Source: Ministeria vibrans ATCC 50519 (lineage: Eukaryota; Protista; Filasterea). From it: a stretch of DNA of 64,000 nucleotides. Positions 13,343 through 25,903 of this stretch are shown piece by piece. Made by a program: the position numbers and the translations under genes. The notes beneath the pieces were generated by a model. That model was not told the origin of the DNA. It was given only the letters and a program-made list of their open reading frames with translations, and did not search any database. The stretch covers positions 1 to 64,000 of the forward strand of contig CALSCP010002175.1 in NCBI GenBank assembly GCA_943704425.1. Direction: 5' to 3'. Numbering within the stretch: the stretch's first letter is position 1; each line of letters opens with the position of its first letter.

Positions 13343-14762
13343 TTAATGCATTGCATAATCGTCATACAACTTTGGATCGTCTCTCAACTGATCAAAATGG
13401 AAAGTGCCATTGACGGCCATTTTTTGGACGTTAATTAGATTGTGCAGACCAGGACAGGAGTCTGCGAGTTTAGTCAAAGCGGCTCTGGTCTGGTAAAGCC
13501 ACGGCTAAAGGACAGAAAAGTGGCATTAGGGGTCGTCATTAGGATTCAGGTTAGGCTGAGTACCTTATGCAGTCCAACTGGAATATACGTTCCATCGTAC
13601 TGCGTCTCAACAGAAAACTTTCGTGCAACCTTTTCAATCAAATAAAATTCAAAATAAAAATTTATAAAATGATAAGATGCTATTGTTGTTTTGTTTTTTC
13701 ATACCCACTCAGAAGGAAACTTTTTGCTGAGCTTTGTCTGTCCAGTAAGGGATATAAACATGTCGATTCCCGGATATCCCTTATACTCCGGATTTTGCTC
13801 TGCCAACTCAATCATCTAAAAGATATTATCATTATATTAATAAATTAATATTATCCGTTTTATTCTTTGACTGTATAATTGTGGGAATGTATTTTACCAT
13901 TTTTCGTGATATTAAGGCAAACCCCGAATTCCCCACGCAAATTGGAAATTTGGCTATTCTTTCCTGCATGTGTAAGGGGGAAAGTGGGAGAGTCAATGGC
14001 TTCAACAAAAAATGTTCTACTGTGTGTAATTTTACCGGTTTTGATTGTTTCGGACCAAACCCACAGTCCTGCCTGACCCAAGGAGCACCCACATAGTCAT
14101 ATTTCTAATGGAGGGCATTGGAGTAAATTTAGGGCATGCATTAGGGATAAAATTGAGGCATTAGGATGATAATTATTGTGTCAATAGAATTACACATGTG
14201 TCGTTAAGGTTCGTGTTAGGATTAGGATTCTTTGCATTAGGATTACGGCTGCACGGGTCAGAAGGGTTAGAGCGACATACCAGAAAGTGTTTGAGAGGGC
14301 GAGTGGGATTCTTGCACAGCACTGCATCTGTCTCAAACATCAGCACTTTCTCACGAACCGCAAACGACCACACAATCGACCTAAACCAAACAGTATAGGA
14401 AATGAGAAATCATTCACAACCAAACGCCACTTCAAAAAAAAAGCAAAAAAAGAAACGTTCTGACCTTCCTAATAAAATGGAATGCGATTCTCGATTTAAA
14501 ACGGTCCATTCTTCCGGAAGTTCACTCAAGACCACTTTTCGTCGGTTCTTCTGCTCAATTCGGGTTCGTATTCCCTGTTAGAAAAAAAAGGTTTTCAAAT
14601 CAGTTTTCTGTTTTCTATTTGTTTGTTTTGAGTTTTTGTTTTGTTTTTTTGTGCTTTCTTTTTTTGTTTTGTTTTCTTACTTGACAGGCAATGACGTTTG
14701 ATGGAGAGTGAACAATTTGAATGGGTATTCCAATGGGCAAATGAAGATCAAAATCGCTCACA
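13343..14762 (-). CDS. DUF5672-family (glycosyltransferase-like) protein, 5'-truncated, multi-exon
   Basis: Spliced exons give KVLMFETDAVLC, YDYVGAPW, VGNSGFAL, VARKFSVET...GLHKPW and SCPGL, the DUF5672 motif series. Not recovered as one ORF in the track; no start exon found before the homopolymer at 14795. Confidence 0.78.
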
Positions 14763-14829
14763 ACTACAAAAAAAAAAATAAGAAAAAAATTATCTTTTTT
14801 TTTTTTTTTTTTTTTTTTTTTCTCCTTAG

Positions 14830-15371
14830 GCGTTTGTGTTGATCATCAGAACGATATTCGTCAAGAAATCGAGCAAGCTTCTGTGAACCTCGTCGCTTCA
14901 AATGCAAGATCACATCGCCAAAAAACACCGCTTCAACTCAACATTCGGGTGGTGGGATGTGACAAGGCGTCGGACAAGTCAGCGAGTGCACCCTCCTCAA
15001 TGGTTCGTCTGCTCAGTCGCCACGACGGTCGTCCAGCGGTCATGGATGTCGTCAGAAAACACTGCAGTGCAGTAAAGGGGCACGTCAAGACTGTCGACGA
15101 CGTGCACGAGTCGGATTTCGATTCAGGTTTGGTTGCTGACCTGTACAAAACGTGTGGCATTGATTGTGCATTGTGTCTTTTTCCGATAGGTCTGTGCGAT
15201 CCCGAGCTTTTGATTGTGTTCGGCAAGACCTTCACAGTCGACGGGTATCCGCCATGGGCCTTGCGTGTCACTGAGATTGCGCATGTGGAGACGCACCGTC
15301 TGCTTTCGTACGCGTCGCTCCTGCGTGCACTCGACGTATTTAATCGCTGCGAACAGCGCTGTGGAAAGTGA
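14830..15371 (+). CDS. NUS1: NUS1/NgBR C-terminal exon(s)
   Basis: Phase-compatible AG acceptor at 14828-14829. LLSRHDGR, DPELLIVFG, GYPPWALRVTEI and terminal CEQRCGK (RxG motif) are Nus1 signatures. Confidence 0.9.
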
Positions 15372-15542
15372 TATCTATGCTATGATGTGTCATCCCCCCC
15401 TTTTTTTTTGCTATTTGTCATGTAACCGTATAAACAATAAAAATGTTCAGAAATTAGAAATGTTATTGGGGTGAAGGGTGTAAAAACAAGAATAGAGAAG
15501 GGCTCACTCACACGCACTCTCACAAACACACACACACACATA

Positions 15543-15914
15543 NNNNNNNNNNNNNNNNNNNNNNNNNNNNNNNNNNNNNNNNNNNNNNNNNNNNNNNNNN
15601 NNNNNNNNNNNNNNNNNNNNNNNNNNNNNNNNNNNNNNNNNNNNNNNNNNNNNNNNNNNNNNNNNNNNNNNNNNNNNNNNNNNNNNNNNNNNNNNNNNNN
15701 NNNNNNNNNNNNNNNNNNNNNNNNNNNNNNNNNNNNNNNNNNNNNNNNNNNNNNNNNNNNNNNNNNNNNNNNNNNNNNNNNNNNNNNNNNNNNNNNNNNN
15801 NNNNNNNNNNNNNNNNNNNNNNNNNNNNNNNNNNNNNNNNNNNNNNNNNNNNNNNNNNNNNNNNNNNNNNNNNNNNNNNNNNNNNNNNNNNNNNNNNNNN
15901 NNNNNNNNNNNNNN
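15543..15914. other. Assembly gap (N run)
   Basis: 372 Ns flanked by (CA)n and (CT)n. Confidence 1.
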
Positions 15915-15995
<81 letters not shown>

Positions 15996-16020
15996 TCTCT
16001 CTCTCCCTCTTTTTCTCTCT
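15915..16020. repeat. (CT)n microsatellite abutting the N gap
   Basis: Directly visible. Confidence 0.95.
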
Positions 16021-16050
16021 ATCCTAAACACCTTTCTTATCCATCTACAG

Positions 16051-16630
16051 TTTCCAGCAGACGTGATTGTCTTCAACTGGGGCATTCACAACACTAACAA
16101 CGACACCACACCCGGACAGGGCGACACTCCCACCCACTACCAGTCCCAACTCGCTCAGATCATCAGCCGCATTCGATCCACTCTTCCCTCCGCAAAACTT
16201 CTTTTTGCTCAGACCACTCCATTGCCTTACTCGGTCGAAAAGAATGATATTGTCATCAAACTGAACTCTGAAGCTCTGTACGTTCGTTTGACTCTTCATC
16301 ACTTATTTTTCTCTCTATAGCTTGTTTTTCATTATAATCTCTATTTCTCCTCTATTAGGTCTCTTTTGGAAACTCCCTTCGTTCCCAATGTCAATTTGTA
16401 CCAGAAGGTGATTGACAAGTGCGGTCCAGTCCCATACGACAATTGCTCAATCTCACTCAACTCTGTACCTTTGAAAAAAATATTACATATCTCTCACACA
16501 CTCACAACTAACACATAACACACCCAATGTCTAATTTGTTTAGCCGGGACATCCGAATCCGCACTACACATCTGAAGGCTATGAATACCTTGCGACTTTT
16601 TTGGCGGAGGCTGTGCGTAAACTTCTTTGA
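16051..16630 (+). CDS. SGNH/GDSL hydrolase, C-terminal three exons (5' part in or beyond the N gap)
   Basis: DVIVFNWGIHN (block III), KLLFAQTTP and NPHYTSEGYEYLA (block V). Introns about 16279-16358 and 16466-16543; stop TGA 16628-16630. Confidence 0.78.
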
Positions 16631-17261
16631 TATACAATAAATTTACGGAGACTGTCCGAAGTCAGACGTCGATCGCACCGCGCAATGCAAACCAGCCAGT
16701 CTGTAGATGTGTTGTTGCTGCGTAAGTCTGAGCATGTTTACTTTTCGTTGTCGAAGCGGATGAATGTCACACTCATAGGGGTGTGTGTGTGTCAAAAGAC
16801 GCGTGTAGTGCTTGTGCTGCAATTCGTCTCAAATCCACCGGATTGGTGTGACCTACAACGGGACATATATGTGTGACAGTATTGTCATTTTTAAAGAGAT
16901 GTGTGGGAACTCATTTTACTGACATACTGAGCTGAGTGTGCGCCGCTCTTGATATGCCAATCAGGCGGGTGAATTTGCGCGGTCGCCACTTCTTTCCGTT
17001 TATAATGATAATCATCGCATTGACGTTTATCTGGAATAGCATGTACAGAAATAGTGTGCATAGTGCAATGTTGAGATAGGAGAGAGTGACTGGAGTGAGA
17101 GTTGTCATCATTACTTACAAAGAACTTCCAAATTTGAATATTTGATATCTGAGAAGTGTACCTTCCCCTTCTTTGAACTACATTTTATGTCTGGCGTTGG
17201 CATCTCTGCATCTCTCGACTGTTCTGACTTCTGTATCTGAATTAATAACCACAATCAAACC

Positions 17262-18075
17262 TCAAAACTTGTTTCCTAAATCTTCTTCATTGTGTTTTAT
17301 TTTGTTGTTGTTTTTTCGGTCAAAAGGAAAGGCTCTTCGCGACAGACGCAACAAGCGGAAGAACAGGCTTCCACAGAGCCTCAGCAAACAAAATGCGGTC
17401 GCCCAAGAGACTAAGAAAGGTGCGCGACACAGCCGCAAGGGGGCGAGCAACGAGGCTATCAAAGGGCAGCTGCAGGAGCATTGTGGAAGGACCAGAGACG
17501 CCACATCCGCAAACGTCGTCAGATCACCTGAGACATTGTGCGCTTTAAATGCATCGCCCAGATGCTTCATATTGACAAGATTGGCGTTTGTGAGACGACG
17601 CAGCAGAGGAACAAGCGCGGTCCACTGACTGAAGTACGGGTGGTGGCCCACAATGTCCTCGGTCGCACGCGTGTCCAGCTGCTGGGTGAGCGGTGAAATG
17701 CTCAGCATGCACAACGCCTCGCCGAGCGGGCAGTCGCTCATGCTGCTCACCAGCACTCCGTTGACAAAGAAGCGGCCACCGCCATCGACAACGGGAGCGT
17801 ACACGCCACTCTTTGTGGCGTGTCCCACAGAAGTTCAGACATGGCTTTGGAGCCGTTAATGACCAGCTCACCATTCATGATGACAGATTGGTTGGCCGCA
17901 GGTTTGAGGACAATGTCGCCATTGCCGTTGAAGAAAGCATCCCCACCAAGAGCACCAGTGAGCGTGGCGGCGAGGAGGACCAAAGCGAAAATCACTGTGA
18001 GAGGTTAAATTACTCCTCGAAATACAACAAAAAAACTCTCGTAATCAATCAACATAACTATGCGATACAGACCAT
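17262..18075 (-). pseudogene. Hedgehog/intein (Hint) domain, hoglet-like gene with internal deletion and frameshift
   Basis: The signal-peptide ORF (IFALVLLAATLTGALG...) is out of frame at about 17830 with SGVYAPVVDGGGRFFVNGVLVSSMS (Hint C-terminal block) and GHHPYF (sterol-recognition-like). The N-terminal Hint (CF...) is absent. Start at 18075 is tentative. Confidence 0.68.
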
Positions 18076-18279
18076 TAAGCCCAATATTTACAAGAAGCCA
18101 AGAACAGCGAGAGAATCGCCACAAGTCAACGAAAAGTCAACAAGAAAAAAAGGGGGAAAGAAGGAGTCCAATCTGAGTTCTAAGACTTTGGTCTCTTCCC
18201 GAGTTCTCAGTTTCTGACTTTTGTGTATTTTTTTTCTTTTTTTCTGAAGTCCGAACTTTTTGTACTTTTTTTGAAGTCC

Positions 18280-18283
<4 letters not shown>

Positions 18284-18375
<92 letters not shown>
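18284..18375. repeat. (CT)n microsatellite
   Basis: Directly visible, just downstream of the EGF/lipase gene stop. Confidence 0.95.
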
Positions 18376-18377
<2 letters not shown>

Positions 18378-18382
18378 GCAAA

Positions 18383-21300
18383 CTAAAGGTGCGTTGTGCG
18401 TACCTCAGCGACAGCCTGGAGTCCAGGAAGATCGATTTTGTTGCTCGACAGTTGGCGATTGAGGTCTCGCATGTTGACCATCTCTATTGTGGCTACATAG
18501 TCCTCCGCACCCATGGTGCTCAGTCGAGATGCTGTGCGCGCTAGCGCCAACGGCCTCGACCTCTTTTTCTTCCGGCGCAGAACAATAAAGGCCACGATGA
18601 TCAGGCCGATTACCACCAACAGCAGCGCACCGCCTCCAGCTCCGATTATCAGTGGCATTGAATTACTAGCAGCAGCCGACGCAACAGCAAGTGTGTTGCC
18701 ACAAGCAGTCCCATTATAGCCAGGAGAGCATGAGCAGGTGAATGAGTTGACGCCATCACTGCACGCACCGCCGTTCCCGCACGGATTACTGGCACACTCA
18801 TTGACATTGATGGAGCATGTGGAGCCGATAAAGCCGGGTGGGCAGGTGCAGGTGTGACCGTTGACAATGTCGTTGCAGGTACCGCTGTTCTGGCACGGAT
18901 TCGAGGCACACTCGTCAACGTTGGACGCGCAGGTGGCGCCGATAAAGCCGGGGACACATGTGCACGTATGCGACGTTACGCCGTCGTTGCAGGACGCTCC
19001 GTTGGCACAGGGGTTGCTGGCACAGTCATTGATGTTGGACGAACAGGTAGGGCCGGTGAAGCCGGGTGGGCAGGTGCACGAGAAAGAGTTCACGTTGTCC
19101 GAGCAGGTACCGCCGTTCCCACACGGGCTGCTGGCGCACTCGTTCGAGTCGATCAAGCACGCTGCGCCGATAAAGCCGGGTGGGCAGGAACAGGCAAACG
19201 AACCGATACCATTTGTGCACGTACCACCGTTTCCACAGGGTGAGGAAGCACACTCCCCAAGGAAGGTCTCGCAACTCACGCCAGTGAACGACTGTGGACA
19301 ATCGCAGGCGACGTTGACACCGGTCGGCGTCAGCGTGACGCTCGTGTATGTCGTGTGGGGGCATATATCGCCGACACTGCTGGTGTAATATACCATGAGT
19401 TCCATGGTGCCATCGGGGTTGCGCATGGCGGCGACCTGGGCTGTCGTCAGCGCCAAAGTCTGCGTACGGATAGTACAATCCACCACAGTTGCATAGTTCC
19501 AGAAGAGGAGCTCCAGATATGCTCCGCCACCCGTGACGTACGCATATTCACTTTGCAAACCGAGGTCAGCATTTGACTCAAATTTCATCAAGTAGGTGCC
19601 CGGGAAGGTGTTGGCGAACGAAAAGACTTGCGTATTTGGGGCGAAGGAGTTGCCTAGTACCAAGTACAGCACTTCTGCCTGCCGACAACTACCAGAATTG
19701 CTGCACGGTGATGGTGCGCATAAGTCAACGCGAGTCTGGCACGTGGGACCAGTGAGTCCGTTGGGACACTCACAAGTGAATGATGCGACGCCGTCGACAC
19801 AAACAAATGGCGGTTGACATGGACCGGACAAGCACTCGTCCACGTCGATTGAGCACGACGAGCCCGAAAAACCTGAGTCACAGGAGCACGTGTACCCATT
19901 GGTACCATCGGCACACGTTCCGCCATTTTGGCACGGGCTTGAGGAGCACCCATTAATGTTTGTGCCACACAAAGGATCATTGAAGCCGGGGGTGCAACTG
20001 CAATTGAACGAGTCGATGCCGTCGAAGCATGTGGCGCCGTTCAGGCACGGGCACGAGTTGCAGTCGTCGATGTTGATGGAGCATGTGGAGCCAGTATAGC
20101 CAGGTAGACAGGAACAGGAGAATGAATTGGTGCCATCGATGCACCAAACACTGTTCTCGCAGGGATGCGAGGTGCAGTCGTCGATATTGATGGAGCACGT
20201 CGGTCCGGTGAAGCCAGACAAACACATGCAAGTAAACTCGGCTGTTGGAACTGAGGACTGTGCAACTGCCGTAGGTGCAGGAACGGGCCCTATCGACGCA
20301 CCAATGGTGTCGATGCACGATGCACCGTTCTGGCACGGGGCTGAAGCGCAATTGTCATTGATAACGGCACACGTGGGCCCTGTGTAGGCCGAAGGGCAAG
20401 TGCAGAGAAATCCATTAGTCAGGTCGGTGCAAGTGCCCCCATTTGCACATGGGGATGACGCACACGAGTCCACCTGGACATCAGAACATGTGTATCCCGA
20501 GAAGCCAGTTGGGCACACACACGCATACAAGCCAATTAAGGTGTTGATACACGTCGCTCCGTTATGGCATGGGCCTGACGTGCACATATCAAGAATGGGA
20601 GCAGAGCTGAGGCGGATATTGTAGTTGTCAGCTCCATACACTGTGAGAAACAAAGAGCCAGTCAAAGAAGTGATTTCAAGAGCTGCCACTTCACCAATTC
20701 GAGGCGTCGTCTTTGGAGTTAGAGTGATTCGCAGCTCGAAGGACCGGCCGAAGGTATCATTCAGATACCAACAGGAGGCGGCAGCAACAGTACATGTCAC
20801 TGGCACAGCAGTGCCACTCACGAGCATGTTATCGATGAACACGTCACCATCGTTGTTGTCGTCCACAATTGTTTGAGAGCCAAGGTTGCTGGACACAAAG
20901 TGGTACTTGTCTCGAGCTCCAAAGCCAAATATCGTCTTGGTTCCGCCTTTGCTGTAAAAGGTGTCTTGCATGTTCGTGCCACCCCAAAGAACGCGGTCGG
21001 TGTCGTCAGAGTAGATAGTACGACCAGGAAGGACGCTCAAATCTCTTTTCTCGCCAGACAAGTATGGGAAACTTGCATCTGATAGCTCACCTCCAAAATG
21101 ACTAAATGCATTCCAAGTGTTCGGTGGCACAATCGAATAGGCAGCAGGTTGCCCAGAGTCCACATTGAATGCTGTAAGCAAACTTGCCACATAGTGATTT
21201 CCAAAGTTATTACCTCTGGCCTCCTCAGGTTTCTCGTAGATCATCACGATTTGTGCAATTTGTTTGTTCACAAGATTTATATTGTTAGGGTTTGCCAGAT

Positions 21301-23142
21301 AGCTAGTTGAGTTGTACGAAGAGACACTAACGTAGCTCTCACCATCGTCACATTTAGGACCAGGGTTGTCAAAGGCAGCAACGTATTTAGACAAAGCGGA
21401 TCCCAAGGTGTGTGCGAGAAAACCGCCAAGAGAATGACCAGTGAAACTCAGAGTGCTGACGCAGGCATCAGCATTCACCGCCTGATTTACGATACCTGCG
21501 AATTTAAGCGCCGAATGTGACTGTAGAACAGTTGAACAGGCTGCCAGACCAGCGTCGGCAACCCCATCCCCGGTTGTAGGTATGTACCCTGAAAAAGGTA
21601 CCCAAGAGTCACGTGTCTCTGTACCTCTGCTTGCTAGGACAATTTCGCCAGTGAACTTACGATACGCTGTGCCATAATAGCCAAATTCTTGAAACCGCCC
21701 CGGACAAGACATGTACACGCACCAACCGTAAGGCAGACCAGTGTTGGACGCATCCTGGTAGACGTGCTCGCTCAATTGGATATATTCATAAGGTGTAACA
21801 GTGGAATTCCCCCACGGCGAGCACACAAAGGTTGCATTGTTCATCAGCAATGATGTAGAAACCGTATCGGCCGTCACAACATCAATTTTTCCGTCGCCAT
21901 TCACGTCCGCAACTGCCACTCCAAACGGCTCCTCCCCCGTCTCAAAGCTGCCCCCAGGCACAAAGGTCCCGTCTCCATTGCCAACAAGCACGCCAAGACC
22001 ATCCACATTTCCCGTAAAGTAGTTGAAAAAATGTCCAAATAAAATGTCCTGGTTTCCCTCTCCGCTGACGTCGGCAACAGCAATTGAGTATTCTGCACGA
22101 CTCACAAACGTGTTGTCTACCGAGGAAAACAACGTCGTCGAGCCACCTGTGCCGATTAGCACGGAGATCGAGCTCTCATAGTACGAGTACACGCCAGTGC
22201 TGAGCCCCCAATAGCCATAATTAGAAGTTGCAACATCAGGCACACCGTCACCGTTGAAGTCTCCCACGGCAATGCCATACGGGTCGTAGCCAACCTTGTA
22301 GCTACTGTGGAACTGAAACAGACCGTTTCCGCGTCCCACCAGAACAGAAACTAGATAATCGTTGTCCCTACCCCACAGATCATCGTAGTTCGTAAAGGCA
22401 ATATCCAACACACCATCATTGTTGAAGTCTGAAGAGACAATGCCAAATGGGCGCGATTCGTCTTCATACGTGCTCCTTGAATCGAAATTACCATCACCAC
22501 GCCCAAGACGGACCGAGACGGTCTCATCGTAAGTGTCCGTGGTGGCAAAGTCTTGATTCCCGTCGTTATTAAAGTCGGCCGCAATGACCTCTGCCGGATA
22601 CCACCCGACATACTCGTGCATGGCGGCATTGAACGTACCATTACCACGCCCAAGTAGAATTGACACTGTTTGGCCTCCCATGTTTGCAGTAATAATGTCT
22701 GGCTTTCCGTCGTTGTTGAAATCCGCAACGGCGAGACCCAGTGGATTTTTGTTGTACTTGGTGCCGGCAGATGTCAACGTGGAATAATGAACGGGTGGAA
22801 GGAATGACCCTTTCAACGTGCACGCATTGAGGCGCACCGACACCCTGTTGTTCGTATGGTCCGTGTAGATCATATCCGGCCATTGGTCGTGGTTCACGTC
22901 GGCCAGCTTCACTCGCGACGGTTTGCCGTCATTTTCGATACGTGCGGACTCAAAAGAGATCGTCGCAGATACGGTACTCGCGAGAGCCAGTACAACGACG
23001 ACGAACGTCAACAAGGCTGAAAGAAGAAATAGATTAGAATTTCCGAGAAAAAACGAACACTCGAAAACACAGAGCCCATAAACCCAACATCTCTCCATAT
23101 CCCAACAAAAATGATATCCCTAGCCGCAAGTCTTACACCCAT
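18383..23142 (-). CDS. Type I membrane protein: signal peptide, FG-GAP/VCBS repeats, GHSLGG lipase-like domain, RTX-like segment, about 16 EGF repeats, TM helix, short tail
   Basis: ADFNNDGKPD-type repeats; IVLASRGTE and FTGHSLGG (about 21423-21446); CxSxPCxNGGxC repeats; TM LIIGAGGGALLLVVIGLIIVAFIVL followed by RRKKKR. Likely ATG 23142 with one short 5' intron, otherwise intronless. Confidence 0.88.
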
Positions 23143-25743
23143 CTGTCATTCAAAACCGAACAACTCAGTACATTGGGTACAACGAGTCAACGACAGCCCA
23201 GTACAACGACAAGTCGACAAAGGGGAGAATTTTATTATTATTATTTTGTACGAGGAAAAATAATAATCAGGGGAAAAAAAAAACAGTATGGCATAGCCCA
23301 GTGCATGTCATTAATGTCATACGCCAGTTGAGTGAGTTGACATTACAGAGCCCAAATTTACACTATGGGCCCAGGGAAATGGCTCAAGCCAAGATTTTCC
23401 CAGGCGATATAAAATCAATAGGTCTTCCCACCGTCCCACCCCGAGCTCATATACCATCAACGCTATCCGACTAATCCGAGTTTATCCAAGAAAAATAGAA
23501 AATTCAAAGAAATAGACTCTTGTTGGCGCTGCATATATTTTCTCCATAAAATTTTCAAAAATTTGTCAAAATGAACGAGAGAACGCACAAAAATAAAACA
23601 GGAACAGTCCGCTACTTGATAAGCGCAAGCAACACCACACCAGTACCAGCTACCCAACACGCAGCAGCACAAAGGGAACCGCGGGACGCTCAGGGGCGAC
23701 GTAGAACGGAAAATGAACGGAAAATGCAACCTCCAAAACGAAGCGTTTCTTACCGTTCTTTGACATCTTGAATACTCCTCGGCAGTCGGCTCGGCTTCCT
23801 CGCAGACGCTATCGACGCGGAAAGCCACTCGACCACTATTCCGAAAGACAAAAGATTTATTGAAATTTCATGAAAATTTCATAAATCATTAAATTTTTTC
23901 AGGTTGAAGATCACCTGTCCATTTGGGCTTGGGCAAGTTGGCTTTAGTTTAAATAAATAGTTGCCGATGTGCCTCACTTGCCAGCAGCGAGGCCACTAGA
24001 TCTATAGTTTTCGACGCATAATCCCACTCTTTGGCGTCTTTGCGGAGTGCGCCGGACTCTGTCCCACTCCGGTTATAACCAAAATCGGTTTGACCCCTGG
24101 GGGAACCCTCGTTGAGGAGCAAAAAAAAAAAGCACTTTCTACCCTCATTGGAGGCCTCTACAAGCCTCATTCATGTAACCTACGGACGATAGACCCTTTT
24201 TAGGGCGACTTTAGACGTTCAAAATGTCAAAAAAAAAAAAAAACTTTCAAGAGGGAACTTTCAAGTCGTGGTTCAGTTTGACGAGATCATCATCTAACAC
24301 GTCGATGAGGTCGTCGGCTTCCTCGGTAGCTGCACGCTGCGCTGCAACGAGTCCAGTATCAGTCCACCGGAGCCCTTCCGGCGAGATGCGCGACTTGGTG
24401 GCGCAGGTTCGGCGACGGGAAGTAAACGGCGATATCGCAAACTTCCGGGTTGGCGTAAAACTCGGAGTTTGACCTGGTTCCCTGGCCGATCCTGCTAATA
24501 GTCATGTCCTGTTTTGACCAACCTGTGACACCCATATTAGGGAGTCCGGCGCACTCCGTCTTTGCTCGAGTTTTGTCACGTTTGCAGGCGGTGGTCGCGG
24601 TGCAGGCAGGCGGGCGGCCGCCACTCACTCACTCTGAGTCACTCAGTGTACACAGTCACTTCGGTTGTTCTGTTGAAGTTTGAAGTTTTTCACTTTTTTG
24701 TCGATTGTTCAGCTTTGTCTTCAGCTTTGTCTTTCCCCACCGAATTCATGATATGGTGGAAAACCTCTACACATAAGACGTTTACCTCTATGAAACGGAA
24801 GGCAACGGGTGACAGTCGGGTGTGTACAATAGTGTCGTGTGGGCGAGAGGAGAGCGGTTTATTCATCGAACAGAATGATCAAATTTTGAGACAAAAAAAT
24901 CGCTTTTTTTGCGTTTGCCGGGGCAAGCCAAAGCCCGACGTGAAGCGGCCAAGAAGAAGAGGCGTGTCAAGCCAGGCACACCCATGGCTGCTTCTCGCTA
25001 CTCGAGCAACTCCACCAGAATACGCACGCGAGCGACGCGGACGCTGACAGGACGCTGACAGGACGCTGACAGAACGGAGACAGAACGAAGATTCAACGAA
25101 AACAGAACGCTGACATCGACGATGGCTCCGCTGGCGCATCAACTTCAACTGAATCCCTATCACGTTTGTGAGCAGGCGCGACGCGGCCGTGCAGAGTGCG
25201 TGTGAGATGGACGACAGAGAAGTTCGTTGGCGCCAGCCAACAAGAAGGGACACGACACTCCCCTTGCTCGACTTCCTGGGGCAAGCTGAAGAACTGTCTG
25301 CTGCGACGCCTTGCATTGCGCGTTGGTAGCATGACTGTGTCCCAGTGGGCGACTGAGAGGGTATAAGGTGCCGAAGGAGGCGTGGCGGGGTCAGCAGAGC
25401 GACAGCCGAACGACAGCCTCTGTCGCGCAACCACGAGCGGCTGAAGCGTCTTTGGGTTGTCGTGGAGGGGAGCATCCTTGGAGAAGTCGAAGTCGCACAT
25501 CTAGTCTATCTAGACTGCCGACTAAGTAGAGACTAGGTGAAACACATTCATTAATTTAGAGAGACTATAGTCGGAGTTCAGTCGAAGACCTCAGACTACT
25601 AACTCCCAAGAAGTAGTCAAACTCCACCCTCCACCCTTACAGTGAGTTATATTTATTTTATAACATATCATAGATATACTACACTCACAACCAAAGACGG
25701 CGTGCGCTGAAACGGCGTCGATGCTTCGAGACGAGTCTTTCTT

Positions 25744-25796
25744 TTTCCAGACGTTTCCAGCATTTTCTCGCACAATATTTCTCGACAGTATAAAAG
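25744..25796 (+). promoter_or_regulatory. Heat-shock element (step type) and TATA box of HSP70
   Basis: TTC at 25745, 25755 and 25765 (exact 10-bp phasing, nTTCn-nGACn-nTTCn-nGCAn-nTTCn) and TATAAAAG at 25789, about 115 bp upstream of the ATG. Confidence 0.72.
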
Positions 25797-25903
25797 CGCC
25801 GAAAAAATTCATTTTCCCGTCACTCTTTTCTCACTCTTTCACCCCCAAACCATTACCAAAACACACATTCTTACACTTAAACCTACACTCAACCAACAAC
25901 AGC

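Noticed and set aside
5386-14829. Interpreting the NUS1-interrupting segment as a giant transposon
   Set aside because: No transposase, integrase or terminal repeats seen; its ends are homopolymers and an N gap.
15471-16097. ORFs running through N gaps or microsatellites (poly-LS, ER, HT, CV translations)
   Set aside because: Artefacts of Ns and dinucleotide repeats.
16685-17111. Short ORFs downstream of the SGNH gene
   Set aside because: Under 70 aa with no recognisable features.
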